From: Macrostomum lignano
Lineage: Eukaryota
Length of the DNA: 64,000 nt
Direction: 5' to 3'
NCBI GenBank assembly: GCA_002269645.1
Contig: NIVC01001150.1
Coordinates: forward strand, 260,422 to 324,421
Shown piece after piece: positions 1 to 11,200 of this stretch (positions are counted from its first letter, which is position 1; each line of letters opens with the position of its first letter). A program made the translations under genes and the position numbers. The notes beneath the pieces are model-generated. The model saw only the letters and a program-made list of their open reading frames with translations, had not been told where the DNA came from and searched no databases.

Positions 1-250
1 AGTACTGGGCTTTAGGTGTCAGTACTGGGCTCCAGGTGTCAGTACTGGGCTCCAGGTGTCAGTACTGGGCTTTAGGTGTCAGTACTGGGCTTTAGGTGTC
101 AGTACTGCGCTCCAGGTGTCAGTACTGGGCTTTAGGTGTCAGTACTGGGCTTTAGGTGTCAGTACTGCGCTCCAGGTGTCAGTACTGGGCTGCAGGTGTC
201 ATTACTGGGCTGCAGGTGTCAGTACTGGGCTCCAGGTGTCAGTACTGGGC
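1..250. repeat. 20-bp minisatellite (AGTACTGGGCTYYAGGTGTC)n
   Basis: Directly visible tandem array of about 12 units, running off the window start. Confidence 0.95.
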
Positions 251-347
251 TCCAGGTGCCAGTACTATGTGCCAGGTATTAAGTGCTAGGTTCAATGCTA
301 GCTTCAGTAACATGTACCAGTTGTCAATACCAGCCGTCAGTACCCAT

Positions 348-790
348 GTGTCAGTGCCAGGTGTCAGTGCCAGGTGTCAGTGCCAGGTGTCAGTGCCAGG
401 TGTCAGTGCCAGGTGTCAGTGCCAGGTGTCAGTGCCAGGTGTCAGTGCCAGGTGTCAGTGCCAGGTGTCAGTGCCAGGTGTCAGTGCCAGGTGTCAGTGT
501 CAGGTGTCAGTGCCAGGTGCCAGTGCCAGGTGTCAGTGCCAGGTGTCAGTGCCAGGTGTCAGTGCCAGGTGTCAGTGCCAGGTGTCAGTGCCAGGTGTCA
601 GTGCCAGGTGTCAGTGCCAGGTGTCAGTGCCAGGTGTCAGTGCCAGGTGTCAGTGCCAGGTGTCAGTGCCAGGTGTCAGTGCCAGGTGTCAGTGCCAGGT
701 GTCAGTGCCAGGTGTCAGTGCCAGGTGTCAGTGCCAGGTGTCAGTGCCAGGTGTCAGTGCCAGGTGTCAGTGCCAGGTGTCAGTGCCCGG
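348..790. repeat. 13-bp minisatellite (CCAGGTGTCAGTG)n
   Basis: Near-perfect tandem array. It explains the spurious CQCQVSVPGVSAR ORFs. Confidence 0.97.
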
Positions 791-861
791 TGAGTGCCAA
801 ATGCCAGTACCAAGCGTCATTAGCCCAGCAGCCTGGACGGTGGGCCCCGAATTGCCCGCAG

Positions 862-3800
862 GTGCTCAGTGCAGGCTGGAATGAGACCTGGATGCTGCTG
901 GTGTCCCCGGGTGCTGCCAGCTCGTTGCCCAACTTCCTTGACAGCGGCATCGACCCATTCAGTAGAAGCGCTCTGAGCAGCTGGAGGACCCGAATCTACC
1001 GAGTCGTCCTTCAGGTGAGCGCAGGTTCCAGCTTCTGCTTGAGCATTGCAGCCGGGCAGAAGATCAAACCGCCCCACCTCGTCTCTTGCAGCCAGTCTCC
1101 ATGGAGGATGCGCTGAGGCAAATCCTGACCGTTGCAGCTGAGGTGAGAAGACAAAATATTAATCGCTTGCCAGTCTCAACTCGTAGCTTGCCAGTCTCAA
1201 CTCGTAGCTTGCCAGTCTCAACTCGTAGCTTGCCAGTCAACTCGTAGCTTGCCAGTCTCAACTCATAGCTTGCCAGTCTCAACTCGTAGCTTGCCAGTCT
1301 CAACTCGTAGCTTGCCAGTCTCAACTCGTAGCTTGCCAGTCTCAACTCGTAGCTTGCCAGTCTCAACTCGTAGCTTGCCAGTCTCAACTCTTAGCTTGCC
1401 AGTCTCAACTCGTAGCTTGCCAGTCAACTCGTAGCTTGCCAGTCTCAACTCGTAGCTTGCCAGTCTCAACTCGTAGCTTGCCAGTCTCAACTCGTAGCTT
1501 GCCAGTCTCAACTCGTAGCTTGCCAGTCTCAACTCGTAGCTTGCCAGTCTCAACTCGTAGCTTGCCAGTCTCAACTCGTAGCTTGCCAGTCTCAACTCGT
1601 AGCTTGCCAGTCTCAACTCGTAGCTTGCCAGTCTCAACTCGTAGCTTGCCAGTCTCAACTCGTAGCTTGCCAGTCTCAAGTCGTATTTTTGCTACTCTCA
1701 ATGCATTGCTGACTCAAAAAACTCGCAGGCGGTGAAAAACGGGTCAGCGACTGGGACCGAATTTCAGGCCAATGTGGAAATTTGCTCTGGTAAGTGCTTT
1801 GCACACCTAGCATTTATAGTGACATCATGAGAATAAATTTCATGAGGTCACGAAACCCGTTCACCAATTTTCATGGCTGTTCGCATCGTTCGAATGAATT
1901 GATGTCTGGCGTAAACAAAACCTTGGAAAAAGCTCCAAAATTTACTTTTCTCTGTCAGGAATCGGGCCAACCAAGCTCGCCTCCTATGCTCCGAACGGAA
2001 GCGTCGTATTGGAAACGGCGCCAGGCAACCTCACTGAAGAGCTCAGCAATGAGACCCAGCGGCTCACCGTGGTGTTCACCCAGAATCCGCCATTCAGCTT
2101 CTTCTCCGAGGGCCGCGTTCGGGGAATCTGTGTTGACATCCTCGACCTGCTGTCCCCGCTGCTAAACCTCAGGTAGCTCTGCTGACCTGCTGTCCTCTGC
2201 TGAACCTCAGGTAGCTCTGCTGACCCCCTGCTGAACCTCAGGTAGCTCTGCTGACCCCCTGCTGAACCTCAGGTAGCTCTGCTGACCCCCTGCTGAACCT
2301 CAGGTAGCTCTGCTGACCCCCTGCTGAACCTCAGGTAGCTCTGCTGACCCCCTGCTGAACCTCAGGTAGCTCTGCTGACCCCCTGCTGAACCTCAGGTAG
2401 CTCTGCTGACCCCCTGCTGAACCTCAGGTAGCTCTGCTGACCCCCTGCTGAACCTCAGGTAGCTCTGCTGACCCCCTGCTGAACCTCAGGTAGCTCTGCT
2501 GACCCCCTGCTGAACCTCAGGTAGCTCTGCTGACCCCCTGCTGAACCTCAGGTAGCTCTGCTGACCCCCTGCTGAACCTCAGGTAGCTCTGCTGACCCCC
2601 TGCTAAACCTCAGGTAGCTCTGCTGACCCACTGCTGAACCTCAGGTAGCTCTGCTGACCCACTGCTGAACCTCAGGTAGCTCTGCTGACCCCCTGCTAAA
2701 CCTCAGGTAGCTCTGCTGACCCCCTGCTGAACCTCAGGTAGCTCTGCTGACCCCCTGCTAAACCTCAGGTAGCTCTGCTGACCCCCTGCTGAACCTCAGG
2801 TAGCTCTGCTGACCCCCTGCTGAACCTCGGGTAGCTCTGCCGACCCCCTACTGAACTTCAGGTAGCTCTCCTTTTGGAATTGAGTCCATTTCAACACTCT
2901 CCTTTTTAGCTTTCAATTCCAAGGACTGGAAAACGGAACTTGGGAGTCAGCTGTGCTCATGCTTGCGAACAGGGTGAGTTTCTACTGGACTGTGGAGTCA
3001 GCTGTGCTCATGCTTGCGAACAGGGTGAGTTTCCTACTGGACTGTGGAGTCAGCTGTGCTCCTGCTTGCGAACAGGGTGAGTTTCCTGTGGGTTCAGCCA
3101 AGCAGGATGCCAGTAGGGAGAGTTAGCGTCAGGTGAAACACAAATTCGTCAGCTATTTGATGAGGGTCCAGTGCCAGCCTCCTCCTCCCGCTCCGCAGTC
3201 AGCCGATCTCGCCAGCTGCGACCTCTCCGTGACGTGGCAGCGGGCGCAGCTCGTTGACTTCAGCCTGCCCTGGACCCTGGAGTTCAAGGGCGCCGTGATT
3301 CCCGTGCTGAAGCCGTCCGTGGACTTCTTCAGACTCTTCCGGCCGTTCGACCCTTGGTGAGCTGCAGGCGGAGCCGATGTTGCCTCCATGTTGCTGCAAG
3401 GACCACCGGAAGCACTCCATTTTGGTACTCCTGTCCCACAGGGCCTACCTGGTGACCACCTTGGCCATTCTGGTGGGCGCGTCGCTGTTGGCCTGGATGG
3501 CCTGGCTCAGCCCCATCTCGCTGTGGAATCTGCACGCCCTGCACGTGAAGGGAATCCCGACGCTCGCCTATCGGGACGAGGTGTCCGTGAAGCAGAATGC
3601 TTGGAATTTGTTCGGCGTTCTGCTGCACCAAGGTAGAAAGGATGTCTGCCTGAATTGAACGAATTCGCAGTCTACTCCAACTGCGGATTGATGCACCCGC
3701 CCGCAGGCCAGGACTTCTACCCCAACTCCCCATCGTCCCGCACGCTCATGTTCTGCTGGTGGGCGGTGTCGCTCATCCTGCTGTCCACATACACGGCCTC

Positions 3801-5236
3801 CATGGTGGCCTCCCTGACGGTGCCAGAGAAGGCCAGCTCGCCACGGAGCCTTTCAGAGATGCTCGCCCAGGGCTACGAGTTCCTGCTGCCAGAGGGCGGC
3901 AGCACACAGCAGCTGTTTGACACAGCGCCGCCGGCAGCGCGATGGCCGCCATCCGGGACTCCGGCCGGCTACGGCTGGCCGGTCTGGGCTCCAAGCCCTA
4001 CGGCCTGCTGGCCGGCGACAGTCAGAAGCGACTGGCCTTCGTGGCCGATCGAACGAAGCTGAGCGCCGACGTCAAGGACAACTGCAGCAGTCTGCTGCTC
4101 ACCGAACTCGCCTTCAGCCCCAACAGCCTCGCTTTCGGCGTCGCCCGGGACGCCGTCTGGCTCGAGCGGTTCAACAGAGCGTGAGTTTGTCCGTGTCAGT
4201 GCAGCTGCGGTTTCAGGGGCTGGGAGTGCAGCTGCGGTCTCAGGGGCTGGGATTGCAGCTGCGGTCTCAGGGCTGGGATTGCAGCTGCGGTCTCAGGGCT
4301 GGGATTGCAGCTGCGGTTTCAGGGGCTGGAATTGCAGCTGCGGTTTCAGGGGCTGGAATTGCAGCTGCGGTTTCAGGGGCTGGGATTGCAGCTGCGGTTT
4401 CAGGGGCTGGGATTGCAGCTGCGGTTTCAGGGGCTGGGATTGCAGCTGCGGTTTCAGGGGCTAGGATTGCAGCTGCAGTTTCAGGGGCTGGGATTGCAGC
4501 TGCGGTTTCAGGGGCTGGAATTGCAGCTGCAGTTTCAGGGGCTGGGATTGCAGCTGCGGTTTCAGGGGCTGGGATTGCAGCTGCGGTTTCAGGGGCTGGG
4601 ATTGCAGCTGCGGTTTCAGGGGCTAGGATTGCAGCTGCAGTTTCAGGGGCTGGGATTGCAGCTGCGGTTTCAAGCCGCCAGTAGACCTGCTTTTAATTTA
4701 GGTAAAAGAAGTCGAAGAGCTCAACGCTCATTGCTAACCGGTGAAGCCGTTCGCACAGCCAGAATCACCTGTGTTCACTTCTCAGGCTGCAGCTCCTGCT
4801 AGAGAAGGGTCTCATTGAGCGGCTGCGCCTGAAGTACTGGACGCCCTCCGTGATCTGCCAGGCCGGCCAGCCGGACATCCTGGATCTCAGCCAAGCGGCC
4901 GGCATCTTCTTGCTGTTTCTCGTCTTCTGCGCGGCTGGAGGCGTCACTCTGGCCTTCGAGTTGCTCAGCCAAGCCTGCGGCTGGACCGCCTGCGGCCACG
5001 CCCTGTCTGTCAGTGGCAGCGGGAAGCGCCACCTCGGCTGCCTGGCCGACCTCGCCCGCGCCGCCCACAAGCGCGGCTTCAAACGGCACCGGCGGACCCT
5101 GTGGAAGGCGACAAAGGAGGATCAGCAGCCCAGCTGCCAGAGGAATTTCGAAACATTCGCTGGCGGCCGGAGGGAGCGGAGGGAGTCGAAGTACCACCCG
5201 TTCTTGTCATCACCGACATCAAATGACTGCAAATAG
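862..5236 (+). CDS. Divergent ionotropic glutamate receptor family subunit (iGluR/IR-like), 5'-partial, with one 1-nt frameshift
   Basis: Phase-consistent GT-AG exons: 862-1014, 1092-1142, 1729-1789, 1959-2172, 2910-2973, 3199-3356, 3442-3632, 3707-4180, 4786-5236. Motifs: S1 (LTVVFTQNPPFSF..GICVDILDLL; NGTWESAVLML; ADLASCDLSVTWQRAQLVDFSLPW), M1, pore (NAWNLFGVLLHQG), M3 (TYTASMVASLT, cf. SYTANLAAFLT), S2 (GGSTQQLF; AFVADRT; LAFG), M4 (LSQAAGIFLLFLVF). Exon 3707-4180 is 1 nt short of frame (shift near 3920-3942). Confidence 0.9.
1165..1680. repeat. 21-bp intronic minisatellite (GCTTGCCAGTCTCAACTCGTA)n
   Basis: Tandem array inside iGluR intron 1143-1728. Source of the RLASYEL and TGKLRVE ORFs. 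Confidence 0.97.
2159..2868. repeat. 31-bp minisatellite containing the exon end and 5' splice site (CTGCTGAACCTCAG|GTAGCTCTGCTGACCCC)n
   Basis: About 22 units. The first unit overlaps the end of exon 1959-2172 and its donor at 2173. Confidence 0.95.
2942..3087. repeat. Three 51-52 bp tandem copies of an exon end plus donor (..CTTGCGAACAGG|GTGAGTTTC..)
   Basis: Copies start near 2944, 2995 and 3047. The first is the real end of exon 2910-2973. Confidence 0.93.
4199..4672. repeat. 27-bp intronic minisatellite (GGGATTGCAGCTGCGGTTTCAGGGGCT)n
   Basis: Tandem array in iGluR intron 4181-4785. Confidence 0.95.
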
Positions 5237-5445
5237 CTGGTGAACACTGACTGCAACTGACTGCAAATAGCTGGTGAACACTGACTGCAACTGACTGCAA
5301 ATAGCTGGTGAACACTGACTGCAACTGACTGCAAATAGCTGGTGAACACTGACTGCAACTGACTGCAAATAGCTGGTGAACACTGACTGCAACTGGCTGC
5401 AAATAGCTGGTGAACACTGACTGCAACCGACTGCAACTGGCTGCA
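5224..5445. repeat. 34-bp minisatellite overlapping the iGluR stop codon
   Basis: Unit GACTGCAAATAGCTGGTGAACACTGACTGCAACT, about 6 copies. The first copy provides ..DCK-TAG (5234-5236). Confidence 0.93.
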
Positions 5446-8211
5446 ACTCCTTTCAAGTCAATACTTCTGCAATGAATGAAAATTAAAAATTCCTTTGTAG
5501 TCCCGGACTGACTCCCTCCCAGTGCAATTGTCTTTTCTTTGCTGAGCGTTCCAATCGTATACCTAAATGTGAAGCTAAACTGCGAAACAAAACACATTCT
5601 GCACATGCAATGAATATATGCATTCGATTGAAGTATGACAGATGACTGGATTTGAGCACTGCAGCGGCCAGTGCTCAGAGTCTCACCCGCAGCGGAAGAG
5701 AGGGCAATCAATTGAGGCTGACTGAACAAGCGAGTGAGGCTGCGATTCCATTGCACAGGGCTGTGAAGTGCAGTCAAGGCATGGCGACATGGGAGAGGTT
5801 GCTGGGAAAAGAAACTCAGCAGAAGTCCCACAGAACTGTCAATGGCCTCTCTGTTCTTTGGCTATGATGCTCACGCATTCACGCCTCATCAGACGATTCT
5901 GAGTGGTCCCACTTTTCAGGTCACGTGGGTCATCCAGCAGTGTCCTTAGCTCAGAAAGCTCACAAAAGTCTTCCAAGCTCTTCGAGGCTTTGCTAGCGCA
6001 AATACCAAACTTTGACCAGGCAAAAACCTTCCAAGCTTGTTTGAACAAGGGTCACTGCTGCAAGAACAGCATCTGCCGCACAGTTAAGTGTCTCACCCTG
6101 CAAATAATCAAGCCTGCGCAAAAGGTCTGCGAGTACTGATGCCGGACAGCAGCAGCTCAGTAACTCAATCAAGAACTCATTCCTCCCTCAGAGCAATGTG
6201 CAGGCAGACCATGCATACCCATAGTTCTCTATGCGAACTCCCGTGCCATTAATCCTTTTATGAGGCCGGCAAGCAAAGTGGAATAATCACTCACGCAGAC
6301 TGGACTCGCCGCAACCCTCTCATTTGTGGACTGGCCACGGAAATTCCGGCATTGCATGATCCCTATGAATTATTTCCCATTTAGAATTATAAACACTGAC
6401 TGGACCTCTCAAATCAGCAGTTAGAAACACGAAGTCAGATCGAATATACATGTATGTATGTTTCATTTCGCCAAAAAGACAGTTTTGGCTTAGTAGAGAT
6501 AACGAACCATTGAAAACATTCATGATTTGCATGCATAGCGAAGCTGCAGTGTACTTCGCAAAATTTAAAGTGTCTAACTGGTCCGTGAAGTGCCATGGGA
6601 TTTTTCTTTATCGAAAAAAAACGAAGAACTTCTATTCCCATCAAACACTGATGGTCCTCAAGACGAAATGTATGTTCCAACTTTCTTTAATCCTTTGACC
6701 TACTACCAGTCTACTTTCAGCTGTCCATGTCCTTCATACTTTACATATCCATGTGTTACATGTATGTACAAGTATTTTATTGTCTCATTTACCAGTTAAA
6801 CGCCAAGTATGAGACTATTTTATATGTATTGCACGATTCCGCCTACTTTAGATATTCAGCTCAACTCTATGGGTTTAAGTTGGCAGGCATTAGATCCCAT
6901 TTTTCATTATTATTCCAACTGGCCGGCTCAGTGAGACGTAGAGAGATGGATCGAACTTTCGATCGAGTATACACGCTGCCGGTCCCGAGCAGGCCGGAGA
7001 GACAGAAAAGCCACTTGCCTTTTCTGTTGATATTTTTTTTTCACACCAAACCGGAAGATAATATTGATAGCTAAAGTGCTAAAATTCGAATGCCACAAGA
7101 AAAATTGGTCCGATACGTCGGAAAGAAAACTATTGAAATCCGATGCTGCTCATACATACATGTATACTGCACCATGTAATACAAAGTTCAAATTTGTTGA
7201 TGAAAATAATCGTTAAAAAGTAGAAATGCATAAATTTATTTTCTTGATCATTGCTTGCTTTATGATATTTTAGATTATTTAGGCGCGTGCGCTACCCTTT
7301 GTTTGAATCGTTCAAAAAATCAACATACCGTTGCTGGTAAAATGTATCAAAAATAAACAAAATTTTTTTTCTTGTAGATCTTCAATTAATAAAAGCAATA
7401 TAAACGCACAAATGCATTGTAGCTTTAGGTTTTTATTTTGAAACAAATTTTCTAAATTGTTTAATTATGGAATTCAGCTGCCACTATGGTTAGGGTTTTC
7501 ATTTTAAGTTCAGTTTTCCGAAAGACAATTTTTCTAAACATTCGTGAAATTTCAACAACACGATAACCGATAATATAGGTTCAGTGAGTAATCTCTAAGC
7601 TATGGAAGACAACAAGTACACTGTGTCGTGTATCCTTTTAACTCGCGGTGTTTAATATTTTTCCCTATAGTTTTCTTTGTCCTTTATAAACTTTATATTT
7701 TTGTGCTACTTTTTGACTGAAAATAGTCATGATTTCGGTATGATACTTGTAATTTTCTATAAAAGTTTCTTTTAGGACAGGAACTTATAATATTTGTAAA
7801 CAGGTAAATTGAGTACAAGTTATTTTTTTATAAATACGATTCATTTATAAATATTTTCATTTTAACTCAAGCGAGAACTTAAATTAAACTAAGAATCATA
7901 AGTCCAACTTATACAAGACTTCCTAACATGAACATTCAAGACTTCGTATTTAAAATTAATGTTTTTTTTATTTATTTTACCTAATTTAATCTTGCTTGAA
8001 TTTAATCCGCAGCTTCATTTCGAAAATAAAATAATAACCTTGTTTGGGAGAGTTGGAATAGTTTATTAAACTTTAACAACATAAATAGGAAAATAAAATA
8101 CCATATTTCTGTTAAAGAATGGTTTTCTTTTTGTCTGTTTTAGAATCTTATATCTATTCAGTTTATTTTGATATACCCGCTAATTTCCTTAACAAAGCAA
8201 TAAAAAATCAG

Positions 8212-11200
8212 TTGAGCAACTGCCAGACGAAAATCCATCTGAGTACAACTATGAGGAAGTCCCTGTTGAAGATGATTTTCCAGCCATGGGTGAGTAAATA
8301 ATTTTCAGTTGAAATAATCCTCTTTTTGTTTTGTAAAGCATTTTTTAAATTCTATAAATGAAAACTCTATTAAATGGATTTGTTGGAGACTTTGAACTAT
8401 AAAATTGTATTTATTTAATAAGACTTTATTTATTTAATAAGCAAAAAACTTACTTGTAGCAGTGCTAACAAATAAGAGTAACAAATAGGTTATTATGACT
8501 ATTGCAGCTTATCCAAAAGTTAGACATATAACTTTTTATTTTAGTCATGATTTTAGTGAGAAAATAATAAGTGTCGTTATGCAAGAAACAATTTAACTAC
8601 AGTGTACAAGAGCGGTTTGCTGCTGAGCAGACAACGAGGGGTGGAGTAGCTCAGCGACTGACTCTCGCGCCACGGCCCTGCTTGGATTTCAGTGCACGGC
8701 AGCATTAATTTTGGGCTTGTGCGCGAAAATTGACGATTAGACAGTCTGGGCCGCTTTACACCCTGTGTGAGGGTGTGCACGAGTGCGTGCCCCCCCTACA
8801 GTATACACACGCTTGTAGTGCTGGTTGTGGGAAGATGTCGCCGAAACTGTTTCACCAGAACACCCAAAGTTCTTTCCTGCAATTATTATTATTATTAACA
8901 GACAACGACGAGGAACTCGTCGCCACGGTGCGGGTTCTGCAGGAGGCTGCGGACGATGACACGGCGATGACAGAGCGGGCCGCGGCAGCCCGGCCTGTGC
9001 TCATCACCTGCCCGCCGAGCGTGGACGACTTTGTGCGCAGCTTCTTGCTGAAGATTGGCATGCAGCGGACTCTCGACACTTTTCAGGTGCGCGCTTGGTT
9101 TCTGAGGCAGAGGCTTGAGCACCAGAGCTCCTGTAGCCGCTTTTTGCTTCCTTTTTGATTCGTAGATTTAAATCTCTAAAGGGGCTCCAAGAGATCCTCA
9201 GGGCGCGCCCTGTGCTGACGGGAGGGGCTCCATGAGATCCTCAGGGCGCGCCCTGTGCTGACGGGAGGGGCTCCAAGAGATCCTCAGGGCGCGCCCTGTG
9301 CTGACGGGAGGGGCTCCAAGAGATCCTCAGGGCGCGCCCTGTGCTGACGGGAGGGGCTCCAAGAGATCCTCAGGGCGCGCCCTGTGCTGACGGGAGGGGC
9401 TCCATGAGATCCCACAGTTGTCACTCAGCGAGGTAAATAGCTCCTCACGCGGGGTCATAAAATTCATTCCGGGCTCTCCCGCTGCAGGCCGAGTTCTTCG
9501 AGCTGCAGCAGAAGGGCCAGCTGCGCGAGGAGGACCTGTTCGACGTGCCGGACATCTACGCCCGCAACCAGCAGCTGGACGACCAGCTCAAGGTGATGCG
9601 GCACGAGCGAGACAAGTACAAAGCGGCCTCCATGGCAGCCAGGGAGATGTACGTGAAGCTGCGCAACGAGCGGGACTACCACAGGATGAACCACCGCCGG
9701 GTCATGCAGGAGAAAAACAAGCTGCTGGACGACATCAAGCTGTGAGGCTGCCTCCTGCACAAAAACACCTTGCAGATGCCAAGATTTAAATAGATCGCAC
9801 TTGAACTATTCGAGAGCGCCATGGCTTTTTCTCCCGCAGGATGAAGCGTCACTACGCAGCCTATGAGCCAACACTGGAGCAGCTGCGCCACAAGTACGAA
9901 GTGGCGATGAAGGAGAAGATGCTGAGCAAGCTGGAGCGGGACCGGGCCATGGGCCAGGTGGCCGGCCTGCAGTCGACCTTGAAGAGTCTCGAGCAGATGC
10001 GCGGCAGCTCCGCGCAGAGGCCTGCGGGCGGAGGCGGCACCGGCGACGCGGCAGAGCTGCGGGCGGCCCCAACGGCTGGCGGGCGCGCCGGTGGCGGCCG
10101 CGAGCTGACGGGCAAGGAGCAGATGGCCGAGCGGAGGCGGGCAGAGGCTCGCCAGGATGTGGCCAACTTGCCCGCTGGCTATGTGCGGCATCCCAAGGTG
10201 CGGCCCAGAGCTGACATACAGTTGGCATCCCCCTGTTCTCCTGGATCGTAGAAGGCCGCGCAATGGGACTACATGTACTTCTTTGTAGCACACACATGCA
10301 CTTCTAGCACACACATGCACTTCTAGCACACACATGTATATGTACTTCTAGCACACACATGCACTTCTAGCACACACATGCACTTCTAGCACACACATGC
10401 ACTTCTAGCACACACATGCACTTCTAGCACACACATGCACTTCTAGCACACACATGTATATGTACTTCTAGCACACACATGCACTTCTAGCACACACATG
10501 TACATGTACTTCTAGCACAGCCGCAGAGGATCGCAATTCCTATCACCAGACTGTACTCTACTAGCCAAAAAACTCAGGGCAGAGACCTCAAACGAATATG
10601 ATCCCTCCTCACCCTCAACTCAGTTACACATTTGCTTACATGTAGCTGAATACACAACACCTTCATATCCTTCAGGACAAAGACTTCCCGAAGGACCGCG
10701 GCATCAACCCGGCACTTGCAAATGGCCGCGGCGCTCCGGTGCACCTGACGCGGTCGGGCGGCCTGAAGCTGTCCAACACCTGGGAGGCCCACGAGGCGGC
10801 GGTGAGCAGCCTGGCGCTCAACCCGCTGGGCAAGCAGGAGCTTGTGACCACAGGCGATGACGCGGTGTGGAAGCTGTGGTCACTGCCGGGCGGCGAGTGC
10901 CAGTTCACGGGCGAAGGCCACTCGCAGTGGGTGTCGAGCGCGCACTTCCACCCGTCTGGCTCGCAGCTGGTCACCGGCGGCGGGGACAGCCTGGTGAAGC
11001 TGTGGGACCTGCACGTCGGCGAGTGCCTGCACACCTTCAACGAGCACAGCAGCGCTGTCTGGTCTCTGCAGTACCACTGGACCGGCAACTTCATCGCCAG
11101 CGCCAGCATGGACAACACGGTGCGCCTGTTCGACCTTGGCTCCGTCCGCTGCCGCCAGATCCTGCGGGGCCACGCCGAGTCCGTCAACTCCGTCAGCTGG

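Noticed and set aside
5600-6700. Short ORFs between iGluR and SPAG16
   Set aside because: No recognisable motifs, stops in neighbouring frames and no consistent splice model. Possibly decayed TE or UTR.
8638-8705. tRNA/SINE-like start (GGGTGGAGTAGCTCAGCG)
   Set aside because: No D-loop GG, no B box (GTTCGA) and no cloverleaf could be built.
8834-8901. ATG at 8834 as the SPAG16 start
   Set aside because: The conserved acidic N-terminal motif lies in upstream exon 8212-8289, which splices in phase to 8902, so 8834-8901 is intronic.
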